Source: Nitrososphaeraceae archaeon
GTDB lineage: Archaea; Thermoproteota; Nitrososphaeria; Nitrososphaerales; Nitrososphaeraceae
Length of the DNA: 64,000 bases
Assembly (NCBI GenBank): GCA_025922715.1
Contig: JAICHH010000001.1
Coordinates: 1,266-65,265 of the forward strand
Direction of reading: 5' to 3'
Part shown: one piece after another, positions 50,872 through 61,826 of the stretch
Position numbering within the stretch: the first letter of the stretch is position 1
Layout of the letters: every line of letters starts with the position of its first letter
The notes under the pieces: model-generated
What the model saw: the letters and a program-made list of their open reading frames with translations, nothing else
Told to the model about the DNA's origin: nothing
The model's database searches: none
Made by a program: the position numbers and the translations under genes

Positions 50872-52002
50872 TTAATTTCGTTTAACGTAATTTTTTTCAA
50901 TATTTTTCTCATATTCATTCTCAATATATTTCAACAAAGTTTTTCCGTTTAGTTTTCCATTTGCATTTATCATTGTTGCTATTGATACTCCTCCAGCACC
51001 AACTCCTTCTTTTACAAAGCCATTTGCAAATGCTTTTAGTCCTAGTTTTGTTGATTCGATTAAATGTAAATCTGAAACAAAAATACTTACATTGTTATCT
51101 ATAGATAATACTAGGTTTGTAAAATCTGCGCTATGATCATTAAAAATATATTTTGTAGTACCTATGAAGACTTTATCAGTTTTAACATTAAGTCTTTTTA
51201 AAATTGATAAAATAGTACACATTTGAGTTCCGCCTGCGAGCATTACTCTTCCACCATTATCAATAACCCCTTGAGCAATACCTGTCACTGAAGGAATCAT
51301 TGGATCTCCTATCAAAGAGATAGCATCAAAAGGTTTATCTTTTAATGACCCAAAAGTTATATTATTTTTTTTCATACTTTTTCTTACTATCATATTTTTG
51401 AGAGTATGTGGATTTTGTGGCATACTACTACTCATTTTATTTTCTGCGTCTATACCTAAAGAAAGCATAACCCCAAGTGCAGTTGTAGTTCCACCAGGAA
51501 TGCTTTCACCAAGAATTACGAAATCATTGTTTTTAGAAAGTTGTTTCCCGAGTATTAATCCATATCGATAGGCTTTTTCTACCTCTTCTGACTTCATTGC
51601 TATATCTTTCAAGATATTTTTCCCTGGCCGTAGATTAAATGAAAATAATGGTATATCTGGTTTTACTTTTACTCCTGAATCTACTACAATAAAAGGAATA
51701 TTACTAATATCTAACATTGTTTTTGTTATTAGAGCAGGCGTTGGTTTTCCATCCGGAGTTGCAGGTACATCATCTATACATTTACATCTACCATAATAAA
51801 GAAACTCGGCATCAGCTGAAGGTGTATATTTTATTAAATCTTTATTAGCGCCAGCTACAGTAATACCTGAAATTTCACTTGTTTCAGTATATGCTATTAC
51901 ACATACGAAAATAGGATTATTTGATTCTAGTATATTAATACTGTCTTTGCCGTTGACTACTGTAATATCTTTATATTTTTCTATCAATTTGTTATTCTCC
52001 AT
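50872..52002 (-). CDS. cobT: archaeal nicotinate-nucleotide-dependent phosphoribosyltransferase (cobamide lower-ligand activation, TIGR00303 type)
   Basis: GITVAG, YTPSADAE, PTPALIT, GESIPGGTTTA, SSSM, LAGGTQM, VKEGVGAGG. Confidence 0.88.
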   Translation of the reverse strand: MENNKLIEKYKDITVVNGKDSINILESNNPIFVCVIAYTETSEISGITVAGANKDLIKYTPSADAEFLYYGRCKCIDDVPATPDGKPTPALITKTMLDISNIPFIVVDSGVKVKPDIPLFSFNLRPGKNILKDIAMKSEEVEKAYRYGLILGKQLSKNNDFVILGESIPGGTTTALGVMLSLGIDAENKMSSSMPQNPHTLKNMIVRKSMKKNNITFGSLKDKPFDAISLIGDPMIPSVTGIAQGVIDNGGRVMLAGGTQMCTILSILKRLNVKTDKVFIGTTKYIFNDHSADFTNLVLSIDNNVSIFVSDLHLIESTKLGLKAFANGFVKEGVGAGGVSIATMINANGKLNGKTLLKYIENEYEKNIEKNYVKRN

Positions 52003-52618
52003 GAGTAATAAATTTTATAAATTCATTCTTTGATCTAGGAAGTAGAACATAATTATTTTTCTTTTCTTCTTCTATCGTAGAAGTCGGTTTGTATCCATAA
52101 TCATGACCGGGATAAACAATCAGGTTATTATCTAAATTCATTATTTTTTCAAACAAGCTATTGTACATCTCTTCGGGATCACTACCGGGTAAATCTGTAC
52201 GGCCACAATTTCCAACAAATAATGTATCTCCAGTAATTATTATTTTAGAATCAACTATTAAACATATACTATCCTTGGAATGGCCTGGAGTAAATAATAC
52301 TTGTACAGTAGTCTTTCCAATCATCAATTCGTCTCCATCATTTACTGATATATCATGTTTTTCTCTAGAATTTTTATGTTGAACAACTTTACATTTGGTG
52401 TGAACAACAATTTGATCGTTTCCAAGTATGTGATCAAAATGTGAATGAGTATTAATCAGATACTTTATTTTATATTTATTCTTATTTATTATTTCAAAGA
52501 TCTTTCCTAAGTCCCATGATGGATCGACAATTGCTGTTTCTTTTCCTTCATTATCTATAATTAAATAAGTGAAATTTGCCATTTTTCCAACAGGAATTTG
52601 TTCTATTTTAAAGGTCAT
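51992..52618 (-). CDS. MBL-fold metallo-hydrolase (glyoxalase II-like)
   Basis: THSHFDH, TPGHS, TGDTLF..GRTD, YPGH. Confidence 0.9.
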   Translation of the reverse strand: MTFKIEQIPVGKMANFTYLIIDNEGKETAIVDPSWDLGKIFEIINKNKYKIKYLINTHSHFDHILGNDQIVVHTKCKVVQHKNSREKHDISVNDGDELMIGKTTVQVLFTPGHSKDSICLIVDSKIIITGDTLFVGNCGRTDLPGSDPEEMYNSLFEKIMNLDNNLIVYPGHDYGYKPTSTIEEEKKNNYVLLPRSKNEFIKFITHGE

Positions 52619-52619
52619 A

Positions 52620-53354
52620 TTATACTATTCCTTCCTCAACTTCTATGGGTATTCCTATCTTCTTCAATATTAAATTACCAGTATATTTTCTGTTGTTCAA
52701 CAATCCGATTTTAATTCTATGAAATGTTATTGTTGTATTGGCCCTTACACAATCCCCTGTAATTTCTCCATTATTAGGATTTAAACCAGAAGGTATATCT
52801 ACAGCTACAATATATGATTTAGATTTATTTATCAATTTAATTACCGATAGATGTGGATCTTGAATATCCCCTTTAATTCCAGTGCCAAAAATTCCATCGA
52901 TAATTATATCTGCATTTAATACTTGTTTTTTTATTTTCGTATCTACTTTACTATTTATTATTAGTTCAATAGTCTTATTCATTTTATTAATAATTTGAAA
53001 ATTTGTTAATGCTTCTTCTGTCTTTATTGAGGATGTTTCTCCAAGAAATATTACTTTAAGATTAATACCTGAACAAGTTAAATGTCTCGCTGCAACCATT
53101 GCATCACCACCATTATTACCAGATCCACAAATAGCCAAAATTTTTAATTTTGAAACTTGTTTATTTTTAAATCTTTTAATAATAAAATCTGCTACTCCAA
53201 AACCTGCATTTTCCATCATTAAAACTTTTTTCATACCGAATTTAGTATGTCCAATATTTTCAATTTCATACATTTGATTCGATGAAATAGCACTCTCTGA
53301 ATCCTTTTCGCTGATTTTTTCAAATTTCTTCTTCTGTACTTTAGTATGATTCAT
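52620..53354 (-). CDS. nnrE: NAD(P)H-hydrate epimerase (YjeF_N)
   Basis: MMENAG, CGSGNNGGD, DGIFGTG, AVDIPSG. Confidence 0.92.
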   Translation of the reverse strand: MNHTKVQKKKFEKISEKDSESAISSNQMYEIENIGHTKFGMKKVLMMENAGFGVADFIIKRFKNKQVSKLKILAICGSGNNGGDAMVAARHLTCSGINLKVIFLGETSSIKTEEALTNFQIINKMNKTIELIINSKVDTKIKKQVLNADIIIDGIFGTGIKGDIQDPHLSVIKLINKSKSYIVAVDIPSGLNPNNGEITGDCVRANTTITFHRIKIGLLNNRKYTGNLILKKIGIPIEVEEGIV

Positions 53355-53363
53355 TTTTGATAT

Positions 53364-53891
53364 TTATGGGAGTGTATTTGTATTTAATTTGATATCTTTT
53401 ATTTTTTTTTGAAAATGCATCTTGTAATTAGAAAAATTGATCTCCATTGATCCGTTACTAGTAATTAAAAATGTTTTGCCGTCATAATTACATTTTATTT
53501 GTGGAGTTTTTCCTTTCTTCCATATCGGCTCAATAATTTTATAATATTCTACAAGTTTTCTTTTTTCATAAGATAATTCATTATTAACTTTTATTCTCTT
53601 TTTTCTCAGAAACTTAAATGCTAAAATTACATATTTATAATTATAATATCTAAACATTTTAACAATTGAAAAACATCTCTCTATTTGATCGCTTGGGACA
53701 TACAATGATTCTCCTGTGCCTGACTTAGCTTCAATAACTAACAAAATTGCTTTCTTGTTATTTACAGCTATTATATCTGGAAGACCAACACTGGAACCTC
53801 CAAGCCTTTTGGCTATCCAATTACGATTATTAATTCTATTTACAATCGAATATTCATAACTGTATCCTCGGCTTCTACGAATGTTTCCCAA
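53364..53891 (-). CDS. Hjc-type Holliday junction resolvase (PD-(D/E)xK)
   Basis: RGYSYE, PDIIAV, VIEAK, QIERC, AFKF. Confidence 0.75.
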   Translation of the reverse strand: MGNIRRSRGYSYEYSIVNRINNRNWIAKRLGGSSVGLPDIIAVNNKKAILLVIEAKSGTGESLYVPSDQIERCFSIVKMFRYYNYKYVILAFKFLRKKRIKVNNELSYEKRKLVEYYKIIEPIWKKGKTPQIKCNYDGKTFLITSNGSMEINFSNYKMHFQKKIKDIKLNTNTLP

Positions 53892-54004
53892 GTATTTTTC
53901 TATTCAATATTCAAACTTTTATTAATTGTTGGTTTTAAATAGCATATTTCATTATCATATTAACTAATTAAAACTCTATATTATGAATATTAATCAATCT
54001 TTAT

Positions 54005-54625
54005 ATGGTATCTGAAAAAATTAAGATTTCACTTAAATCTATAAACGATGAATTGCATTCTACAGAAAATAGAAGAGAACAATTAATAAAAGAATCGCGA
54101 GATGTTATTATTTTGTGCAGTCAGTCTATCATATCTCTTCATCAAGGCCATATACAAGAAAGTCAATTAAAATTAGATAAAGCAAAAGATTTGTACTTGT
54201 CTCTCAAAACACTTGCTCAGGTAGATCTTTTACGATATCTGTCCATGTCAGAACAAGAACTAGTAGAATCTAGTCTCTTGATGAGTATAGTAAAAAATGA
54301 AACTCTGCCTGGATTAGATGAAATTGGTGTTTCTAGCCAAGCATATCTATTTGGAATATTAGATTGTATTGGTGAAATAAAGAGAATGGTTTATGATATG
54401 GTAAGACTCGGCAGGTATGAGCAAGCAGAATCCCTTTTTAGAGTCATGCAGGAAATTTATAGCGATATTTATCCATTTTCGATATATGATAATATAGTAA
54501 GTGGTATCCGAAAGAAATTGGATATATGTAAAATCTTAATCGAAAATACTAGAGAATTGATAACAGAAGAATCGAGACGATCAATCCTAATTGAATCATT
54601 AAAGAAATTAGATAGCAATCTTTAA
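54005..54625 (+). CDS. translin/TRAX family protein
   Basis: RREQLIKESR, QELVE, YLFGILDCIGEIKR, RKKLD. Confidence 0.88.
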   Translation: MVSEKIKISLKSINDELHSTENRREQLIKESRDVIILCSQSIISLHQGHIQESQLKLDKAKDLYLSLKTLAQVDLLRYLSMSEQELVESSLLMSIVKNETLPGLDEIGVSSQAYLFGILDCIGEIKRMVYDMVRLGRYEQAESLFRVMQEIYSDIYPFSIYDNIVSGIRKKLDICKILIENTRELITEESRRSILIESLKKLDSNL

Positions 54626-54706
54626 TCAATATTAATACGTTTGCAAATAATATTGAATAATAAGTAAAGTTAATTAGAAACTATACTAGCTTTTTCTCCA
54701 TATGGT

Positions 54707-56830
54707 ATGAAAGATAATGAAAAAGTTCAAAAAATAATACATGATGCTATTCAAAAAGGAAATAAAGTAATTACTGAAGAGGATGCAAAATCTATATTGT
54801 CAGTATATGGGATAAAGGTACCCGCATATTCCATCGTAACTACCGAATCAGAAGCTGTATCCAAAGCAAAGGAAATTGGCTTTCCACTTGTTGCAAAAAT
54901 AGTATCAGATCAGATATTACATAAGACAGATGTTCAAGGAGTAAAAGTTGGCTTACAAAATGAAGATGAAGTTAAAGAAACATTCTTAGATATGTATAAC
55001 CGTTTGTCTAAAGACTATACAATTAAAGGAGTCCTCTTAGAAAGGATGGTTCCTAAAGGAATTGAATTGATAGTGGGCTTACAAAATGATCTTCAATTTG
55101 GTCCAGTCATAATGCTTGGGTTGGGAGGAATTTATACAGAATTATTCAAAGATGTATCATTTAGAGTTCTTCCAATAACTAAAGAAGATGTATTAGATAT
55201 GATAGACGATCTCAAAGCTAAAGTGATCTTAAAAGGATTTAGAGGAGCCGAGCCAATAAATCTCGAGATACTTTGTGATGCGATTCTCAGAATAGGTAAT
55301 TTAGGAATTGATATAGCTAAATATATTGATAGTATAGATTTTAATCCCATTATAGTTTATCCAAATAATTACTATGTCGTTGATGCAAAAATTCTTCTGA
55401 AATCAGTTCCTGATGAAAATATCATCTCTCGATCAATACCTGATTCAAGTTATATGAATAACTTCTTTAATACGAATTCAATAGCATTAATAGGAGCATC
55501 TCCGGAAGAAAATAAGATAGGCAATTCTGTGTTAAAAAGTTTATCTAAATATGATTATAAAGGTAAAATATATCCAGTAAATGCAAAGGGTTATAATGAA
55601 ATTTTAGGATTAAAAGCATATAAAAATTTAGAAGAGATTAGTGAAAAGGTAGATCTAGTAATAGTCACAGTGGATTTAAAATTTGTGCCCGCTATATTGG
55701 AAACATGTGGAAAGAAAGGAATACATAATATGGTAATCATTTCTGGAGGTGGAAAAGAACTCGGTGGAGAAAGAGCAGAAATAGAACAAAAAGTGAAAGA
55801 ATTATCTTCTCAATTAAAAGTTAGAATAATTGGACCAAATTGTATAGGAATGTTTAATGGTGAAAATCGATTAGACTGTGCTTTTCAAGGACATGACAGA
55901 ATGATTAGACCAAAAAAGGGAGATGTTGCTTTCTTATCTCAAAGTGGAACTATTGGAATTGCTTTTATGGAAACTTCAGACACTTTTGGAATGAGCAAAA
56001 TGATTTCGTATGGTAATCGTTCTGATGTAGATGAAGCAGATATGATTTGGTATTTATCAGAAGATCCAAAAACAAATGTAATTGGTCTCTATGTTGAAGG
56101 TCTTGGTGATGGTAGGAAGTTTATGAATACTGCAAAGAGAGTTATAAAAGAAAAAAAGAAACCTATAGTAGTTTTTAAAAATGGACGAACCCAAAGAGGT
56201 GCTAAACAAGCAGCATCTCATACGGGATCTTTGGGAGGATCATATTCTGTTGTCAAAGGAGCATTTGATCAAGCTGGTATTATATCTGTAGATAGCTATG
56301 AGGAATTAACGGGATCATTAAAGGCTTTAACTTGGCAACCTATTCCCCAAGGAAATAAAGTGGCTTTAGTTACCAATGGTGCAGGACCAATAATTGCTGC
56401 AATAGATCACTTTGAAAGATTAGGATTAAAAATTGCTGATTTAAGCGAAGATTCTAAACAGAAGTTTAATGAACATTATCCTGCAACCTATGTCATAGGT
56501 AATCCTCTTGATGTAACGGGTTCTGCCAATGCTGATGATTATAAATTCGCTATTCAAACATTTATGGATGATCCTAATGTTGATATTATAATGCCCTGGT
56601 TTGTTTTTCAAGATGATCCTCTTGAAGAAACTATTGTAAATATATTGGGAGATTTTCAAAAACAAAAGAAAAAACCAATTTTAATAGGTGCTTTAGGCGG
56701 ACCATTTACTATTGATATCTCAAAAAGATTAGAAGAAAATAATGTACCAGTATATCATTCAGTAATATCATGGGTCACAGCAGCCGGTGTACTTGCAAAA
56801 TGGTCAGAGCTTAAAAATAGAAAGTCTTAA
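54707..56830 (+). CDS. ADP-forming acyl-CoA synthetase, 3-hydroxypropionyl-CoA synthetase type (3HP/4HB cycle)
   Basis: ATP-grasp domain first (HKTDV.GV, DFNP), then CoA-binding domain (IGAS, GPNCIG, SQSG, SHTGSL); domain order and motifs NRLDCAFQG and [12 protein letters not shown] recall Nmar_1309. Confidence 0.85.
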   Translation: MKDNEKVQKIIHDAIQKGNKVITEEDAKSILSVYGIKVPAYSIVTTESEAVSKAKEIGFPLVAKIVSDQILHKTDVQGVKVGLQNEDEVKETFLDMYNRLSKDYTIKGVLLERMVPKGIELIVGLQNDLQFGPVIMLGLGGIYTELFKDVSFRVLPITKEDVLDMIDDLKAKVILKGFRGAEPINLEILCDAILRIGNLGIDIAKYIDSIDFNPIIVYPNNYYVVDAKILLKSVPDENIISRSIPDSSYMNNFFNTNSIALIGASPEENKIGNSVLKSLSKYDYKGKIYPVNAKGYNEILGLKAYKNLEEISEKVDLVIVTVDLKFVPAILETCGKKGIHNMVIISGGGKELGGERAEIEQKVKELSSQLKVRIIGPNCIGMFNGENRLDCAFQGHDRMIRPKKGDVAFLSQSGTIGIAFMETSDTFGMSKMISYGNRSDVDEADMIWYLSEDPKTNVIGLYVEGLGDGRKFMNTAKRVIKEKKKPIVVFKNGRTQRGAKQAASHTGSLGGSYSVVKGAFDQAGIISVDSYEELTGSLKALTWQPIPQGNKVALVTNGAGPIIAAIDHFERLGLKIADLSEDSKQKFNEHYPATYVIGNPLDVTGSANADDYKFAIQTFMDDPNVDIIMPWFVFQDDPLEETIVNILGDFQKQKKKPILIGALGGPFTIDISKRLEENNVPVYHSVISWVTAAGVLAKWSELKNRKS

Positions 56831-56890
56831 CGTCTTAATGTCTTTGTTAAGACAGGGAAAACTTATATTCTTTTTAAACATACTTAAACT

Positions 56891-57241
56891 ATGGAAAGTA
56901 CACAACAATCGCAAATAGTAACTGTTACCTCAAAAGCCGCAGAAAAAGTGAGTGAATTTATGAAACAAGAAGGCAAAGATAGTTTATTTCTGCGTGTATA
57001 TGTCACTGGTGGAGGCTGTTCTGGCTTATCTTATGGTATGGGTTTTGAAGAAAATTCTGAAGAAGATGATCTTGTTATAGAGCAAAACGGTGTCAAAATT
57101 TTGGTAGATAATTACAGTCAAAGATATTTGAAAGGAGCTAATATTGATTATATTGATAGCCTTATGGGTTCTGGATTTAAAATTAATAATCCAAATGTTA
57201 CCAAAAGCTGTTCATGTGGTCATTCATTCTCTACTGAGTAA
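56891..57241 (+). CDS. A-type Fe-S carrier (ErpA/IscA/HesB)
   Basis: GGGCSGLSY, NPN..SCSCGHSF. Confidence 0.94.
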   Translation: MESTQQSQIVTVTSKAAEKVSEFMKQEGKDSLFLRVYVTGGGCSGLSYGMGFEENSEEDDLVIEQNGVKILVDNYSQRYLKGANIDYIDSLMGSGFKINNPNVTKSCSCGHSFSTE

Positions 57242-57330
57242 TATCAGTTTTTTTAATTTTTTTTAATATTATTTGCTTCTGGCAAAGTTATTTACTGCGT
57301 AGAGTAAAAAATTAATAATATAGAGTTAAA

Positions 57331-58599
57331 TTATGGCCATAATCCTCTGATATTAATTGCTTCAACAACTCTCTTTACTGCAAGTAAGGTAGCGGCTTTT
57401 CGCATATCTACATTGTATTTTGTATGGGTATCATAAACATCATAAAATGATTTTGTGATGTTTATATCTAATCTCTTATTAACTTCTTCTTCTGTCCAGT
57501 ATTCTCTTCTTAAATTTTGTAACCATTCAAAATAAGATACAGTTACACCACCTCCATTAGCAAGCACGTCAGGAATAACCAAAATATCTTTTTTATATAA
57601 TATTTCATCTGCTTCAGGAGTTGTAGGCCCGTTAGCTGCTTCTGCTATGATCTGTGTTTTTATTTTATCTGCATTATTCTTAGTAATTTGATTTTCCAAC
57701 GCTGCTGGAATGAGAATAGTACATTCTGTTTCCAGAAGTTCATCATTAGTAATTGATTTCGCATCCCCGAATCCTACTATACTCCCTGTTTCTCTTTTAA
57801 ATTTCATTAATTCATCCACAGATATTCCATCTGTCTTAATTATTGCACCTTGAGAATCTGAAGCTGCTATCATCTTTGCACCTTGCTCTTCAACCAGTTT
57901 GGAAGAAAACTGTCCTGCATTTCCAAAACCTTGAACTACACATGTAGCTTGTTTCATGTCAATATTCATTTTTTTTGCAGCTTCTCTAACGGTATATGCC
58001 AACCCTCTACCCGTTGCCTCATTTCTACCTAATGAACCACCAATTGCTATTGGTTTTCCAGTTATTACCTCTGGTTGAACATAATTTCCTTTCAATGCAG
58101 AATAAGTATCCATAATCCATGCCATTTCGTTACCTCTAGTATATACATCTGGCGCAGGAATATCTCTATATGGACCGATAATATCAGCTATAAGGTATGC
58201 AAACCTTCTAGTCATTCTTTCTAACTCGTTTTCTGACATCTGTTTTGGATTGCAAATTATTCCACCTTTTCCACCGCCATAAGGAATATTCGCTATTGCA
58301 CATTTCCATGTCATCCACATTGATAAAGCCTTAACTTCGTCTAGCGTAACATCAGGATGATATCTTATTCCTCCTTTGTGAGGTCCTCTGGCATCATTAT
58401 GTTGGGATCTAAACCCAGTAAACACCTTAATCGAACCATCATCCATTCTTGTTGGAATAGAAACAGTTAGAATTCTTTTAGGATTGGATAATATCTCAAG
58501 CATTCCTTTCTCTAGATTTAGAATTTTTGATGCTTCTTCTAGTTGTTTTAGTGCTACCTCATATGGGTTTATTTTTTCATTTAAATTAGATGAAGACAT
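57331..58599 (-). CDS. gdhA: glutamate dehydrogenase
   Basis: GPHKGGIRY, MTWK, GGGKGG, PAPD, GFGNAG, EAANGP, NGGGV.VSYFEW. Confidence 0.95.
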   Translation of the reverse strand: MSSSNLNEKINPYEVALKQLEEASKILNLEKGMLEILSNPKRILTVSIPTRMDDGSIKVFTGFRSQHNDARGPHKGGIRYHPDVTLDEVKALSMWMTWKCAIANIPYGGGKGGIICNPKQMSENELERMTRRFAYLIADIIGPYRDIPAPDVYTRGNEMAWIMDTYSALKGNYVQPEVITGKPIAIGGSLGRNEATGRGLAYTVREAAKKMNIDMKQATCVVQGFGNAGQFSSKLVEEQGAKMIAASDSQGAIIKTDGISVDELMKFKRETGSIVGFGDAKSITNDELLETECTILIPAALENQITKNNADKIKTQIIAEAANGPTTPEADEILYKKDILVIPDVLANGGGVTVSYFEWLQNLRREYWTEEEVNKRLDINITKSFYDVYDTHTKYNVDMRKAATLLAVKRVVEAINIRGLWP

Positions 58600-58647
58600 A
58601 TATTTTATTCATAATGTGATGTTTAATATTAGATAATAAATATATCT

Positions 58648-59004
58648 CTACAAACTATCATTTTTCATCTTTTTCAAAATAATTAAACGTAGTTGATCAT
58701 CAGACATATCCAAATATTCAATATTGAGTGATATGGCAATTTTTTCTAGTTTTTCCCTTTCTGTTGATACAGGTCCCTGGATCATCTTTCCAAAATACAA
58801 ATTTTTTTCGTTATTATGATCATCAGATGAATTGTGATTGATTTTAACTTTATTTACTTCTCCAAGAAGGGTTTGTTTGGTATTATTATATTCGCCAATT
58901 GCTTTGCCTATATGTCTTGCCATATCTGGCAATTTTCTGGAACCAAAAAGTAAAAAGATAGTTATTAAACCAATTATTATCCATTCTGATCCGCCAATTC
59001 CCAT
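58648..59004 (-). CDS. tatA: twin-arginine translocase TatA/TatB subunit
   Basis: GGSEW..LLFGSRKLP..ARHIGKAIGEY. Confidence 0.88.
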   Translation of the reverse strand: MGIGGSEWIIIGLITIFLLFGSRKLPDMARHIGKAIGEYNNTKQTLLGEVNKVKINHNSSDDHNNEKNLYFGKMIQGPVSTEREKLEKIAISLNIEYLDMSDDQLRLIILKKMKNDSL

Positions 59005-59202
59005 ATTATCTATAAGAAGTACAGATAATTTATTTATTAATTATGTATTTATCAATTATAGAGGCTTATCAAAAATTTTTAAAATTACTTTTAAAAAAGA
59101 ATTATAAATTTAATAATTGTTACATTTATGTATTGATATTGGTCAAAGCACTTATATTCGTGCCAATCACCCATAATTTTACTTTACAATAAACATGAGG
59201 TT

Positions 59203-60480
59203 ATGGAATTGCCTAGTACTGGGATAGTAAAATATCACGTTAAATTAAGTTTCGACGTAGATGGACTCGTAGAAAAAGCTGATATAATAGGTGCTATTTT
59301 TGGCCAAACTGAGGGACTCTTAGGACCCGAAATGAATTTGAATGAATTACAAAAGGTCTCTAAAGTAGGTAGAATCGAAGTCAATGTGGATACCAAGTCG
59401 AATATAGCAAAGGGTGATGCTCTTATTCCTATGAGCACTGATATCTCTACTGCTGCTCTTATAGCTGCGGCAATAGAAAGTATAGATAAAGTTGGACCAT
59501 TTCAAGCAAGGTTTGAACTGTCTGGCATTGATGATATTCGGGCCATAAAGAAAAAAGTTATAGTAGATAGAGCAAAAAAAATTGTACAAGAATGGGCTAC
59601 TAAAACTATTAGCGAAGGTGAAGAAATGCTCAAAGATGTATATGATGCAAGTAAACCTGGAAAACTTACTACATTTGGAAAAGGGCAACTTGCATGTGGC
59701 ACAGGTGTATTCAATGCTGATTGGATTATTTTAGTCGAAGGCAGAGCTGATGTTATTAATCTGTTGAGAGCAGGATTCGATAATTCTATAGCTATAGAAG
59801 GTGCTAAGATTGATGAAAGTATTATCCACCTGACCGAAGGAAAAAAAGTTATAGCTTTCTTAGATGGTGATAGAGCAGGTGATCTAATTTTAAAAGAACT
59901 CCACGGCTTAGTTAAAATCGATAAAGTGTTTAGAGCCCCTGCTGGAAGAGAAGTTGAAGAATGTACACCTTTAGAAATAACTGAAATATTAAATAATGCA
60001 GTGGACTACCCCCAAGAAGAATCATTCTCGCCTATAAAAAAACAACAATCTCTATTACAAAATCATAAAAAATATAACAAAAACGATAGAGGAAAAACTT
60101 CTTATCAGCAGACACAACCACAATTTAATCAATTGGAAACATATCCACTTACTAAAGAAGATAATGGATTACAAACTAATAATGAATCTACATCAGTTAT
60201 TAGAAACATATATTCTCAAATCAATGAAACCTTAGAAGCCATTCTTCTGGATGGGTCAATGAATACTATTATGAAAGTTCCTGTTTCTGAGATAGTTAAA
60301 AAACTTTCAGATTCAGATGGGGGTAAAATATTGGTTTTAGATGGAATAGTAACTCAAAGGTTGATTGATGCTTCTGATAAAGCTGGCATTGAACAAATCA
60401 TAGGTCATAGATTAGCTGATATAAAACGTAATTCATCTATTAAAGTAGGTACATTCAGTGAAATGGGATTATTACAATAA
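59203..60480 (+). CDS. dnaG: archaeal DnaG (exosome-associated TOPRIM protein)
   Basis: GAIFGQTEGLLG, VEGRADV, FLDGDRAG, DGIVTQRL.D. Confidence 0.95.
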   Translation: MELPSTGIVKYHVKLSFDVDGLVEKADIIGAIFGQTEGLLGPEMNLNELQKVSKVGRIEVNVDTKSNIAKGDALIPMSTDISTAALIAAAIESIDKVGPFQARFELSGIDDIRAIKKKVIVDRAKKIVQEWATKTISEGEEMLKDVYDASKPGKLTTFGKGQLACGTGVFNADWIILVEGRADVINLLRAGFDNSIAIEGAKIDESIIHLTEGKKVIAFLDGDRAGDLILKELHGLVKIDKVFRAPAGREVEECTPLEITEILNNAVDYPQEESFSPIKKQQSLLQNHKKYNKNDRGKTSYQQTQPQFNQLETYPLTKEDNGLQTNNESTSVIRNIYSQINETLEAILLDGSMNTIMKVPVSEIVKKLSDSDGGKILVLDGIVTQRLIDASDKAGIEQIIGHRLADIKRNSSIKVGTFSEMGLLQ

Positions 60481-60487
60481 TTAATTT

Positions 60488-61183
60488 ATGAGTAATATTA
60501 CGTTTCAACATATTTTACTTCTCTCAGAACTGTTGTTGTGTGGAGCAAAGAATAACTTTGTTGAGTTAACCACTAACGAGATAGCAAAAAAAATAAAACG
60601 ATCACAACAATTAGCTTCTAAAGAATTACTCGATCTTGAATTCTTTGGATATATAAAAAGAAACAAAAAAAGTAAAAAATATAGTATAAAGGTTACAGAA
60701 AAAGGGTATCAACAAGTATATGATCTTTTTTTATTTCTAAAGACTGCTGTAGAATCTTTTAAACATGTTATTGATTTCGAGGGTCATATTATAACGGGAA
60801 TGGGAGAAGGTGCCTATTACATGTCATTAAATGGATATAAAAAACAATTTAAAGAAAAATTAGGTTATGAACCTTATCCAGGAACTCTAAATATAAAATT
60901 AAATTCTTTGTTATTTATAGAGGCAAAAAAGGAGATGTTAAAATATCCGTCAATATATATTGAAGGATTTAGTGATCAATCCAGAACCTTTGGATGGGTA
61001 AAATGTTATCCTGCTTATATTAACGATAGTATGAATATAAACTCCTCAATTTTAATATTGGAAAGAACTCATTATGATGATTCTATAATTGAGATAATAG
61101 CTCCATTTTCCATTAAAGAACAATTTTCTTTGAAAAACGGCGATTATATCAAATTGAAAGTTAATACTAATAATCCTATCTAA
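60488..61183 (+). CDS. ribK: CTP-dependent riboflavin kinase with N-terminal wHTH (RbkR-like)
   Basis: HTH EIAKKIKRSQQLASKEL; GMGEGAYY, YPGTLN, ERTH, EIIAP. Confidence 0.9.
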   Translation: MSNITFQHILLLSELLLCGAKNNFVELTTNEIAKKIKRSQQLASKELLDLEFFGYIKRNKKSKKYSIKVTEKGYQQVYDLFLFLKTAVESFKHVIDFEGHIITGMGEGAYYMSLNGYKKQFKEKLGYEPYPGTLNIKLNSLLFIEAKKEMLKYPSIYIEGFSDQSRTFGWVKCYPAYINDSMNINSSILILERTHYDDSIIEIIAPFSIKEQFSLKNGDYIKLKVNTNNPI

Positions 61184-61193
61184 CTAATTAAAA

Positions 61194-61826
61194 TTATATA
61201 TTGTAGAATGAATCTCCTAAATCTCGTTTTAATTCAGAACTCTTTATATTTGGTATTGGAGTATTTAACCTTAATATTCTAACGTTGATATTTCTTTTCT
61301 TGCAATTTACTGCAATGAATTTCTCCGTATGTGATTGATCATAACCTAATGCTATAATGTCAGGTTTTACATGCTCAACTGTATCAAATAATGTTCCTTC
61401 TTTTCCAATTAATGCCAAATCTACAAAATTTAATGACGAAACCATTTCTCTTCTTAAGTTTTCATTATGAAATATGACTCTATTTTTTTTTATTTTAGTA
61501 GCTGTAGTTTCTGTGGCAATTACTACTACTAAAACATCACCTAGTAATTTTGCTCCCTTGAGAGTAAATATGTGACCAGGATGTAGTATATCAAAAACAC
61601 CTCCAACAAGGACTACTTTCATCGTCTCTCTTCCTAATGAATTTAATTTATATTGTTCCGAGTTTATTTTTCTTATTAATCCCAATTTTATTAGTTCTCT
61701 CATTCTTGATTCAAAAAAAGGGGTATCTAATTGATATTTCTCTTGTAAATATCGTAAAAATGATTTTGATGGATCTAAATTACTTATGTATATTGCTTTC
61801 AAAATAAGTTTATCTAGTGATTTCAA
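61194..61826 (-). CDS. ribL: archaeal FAD synthase (cytidylyltransferase family) with N-terminal wHTH-like extension
   Basis: GGVFDILHPGH, GDVLVVV, KPDIIALGYDQ. Confidence 0.85.
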   Translation of the reverse strand: MKSLDKLILKAIYISNLDPSKSFLRYLQEKYQLDTPFFESRMRELIKLGLIRKINSEQYKLNSLGRETMKVVLVGGVFDILHPGHIFTLKGAKLLGDVLVVVIATETTATKIKKNRVIFHNENLRREMVSSLNFVDLALIGKEGTLFDTVEHVKPDIIALGYDQSHTEKFIAVNCKKRNINVRILRLNTPIPNIKSSELKRDLGDSFYNI

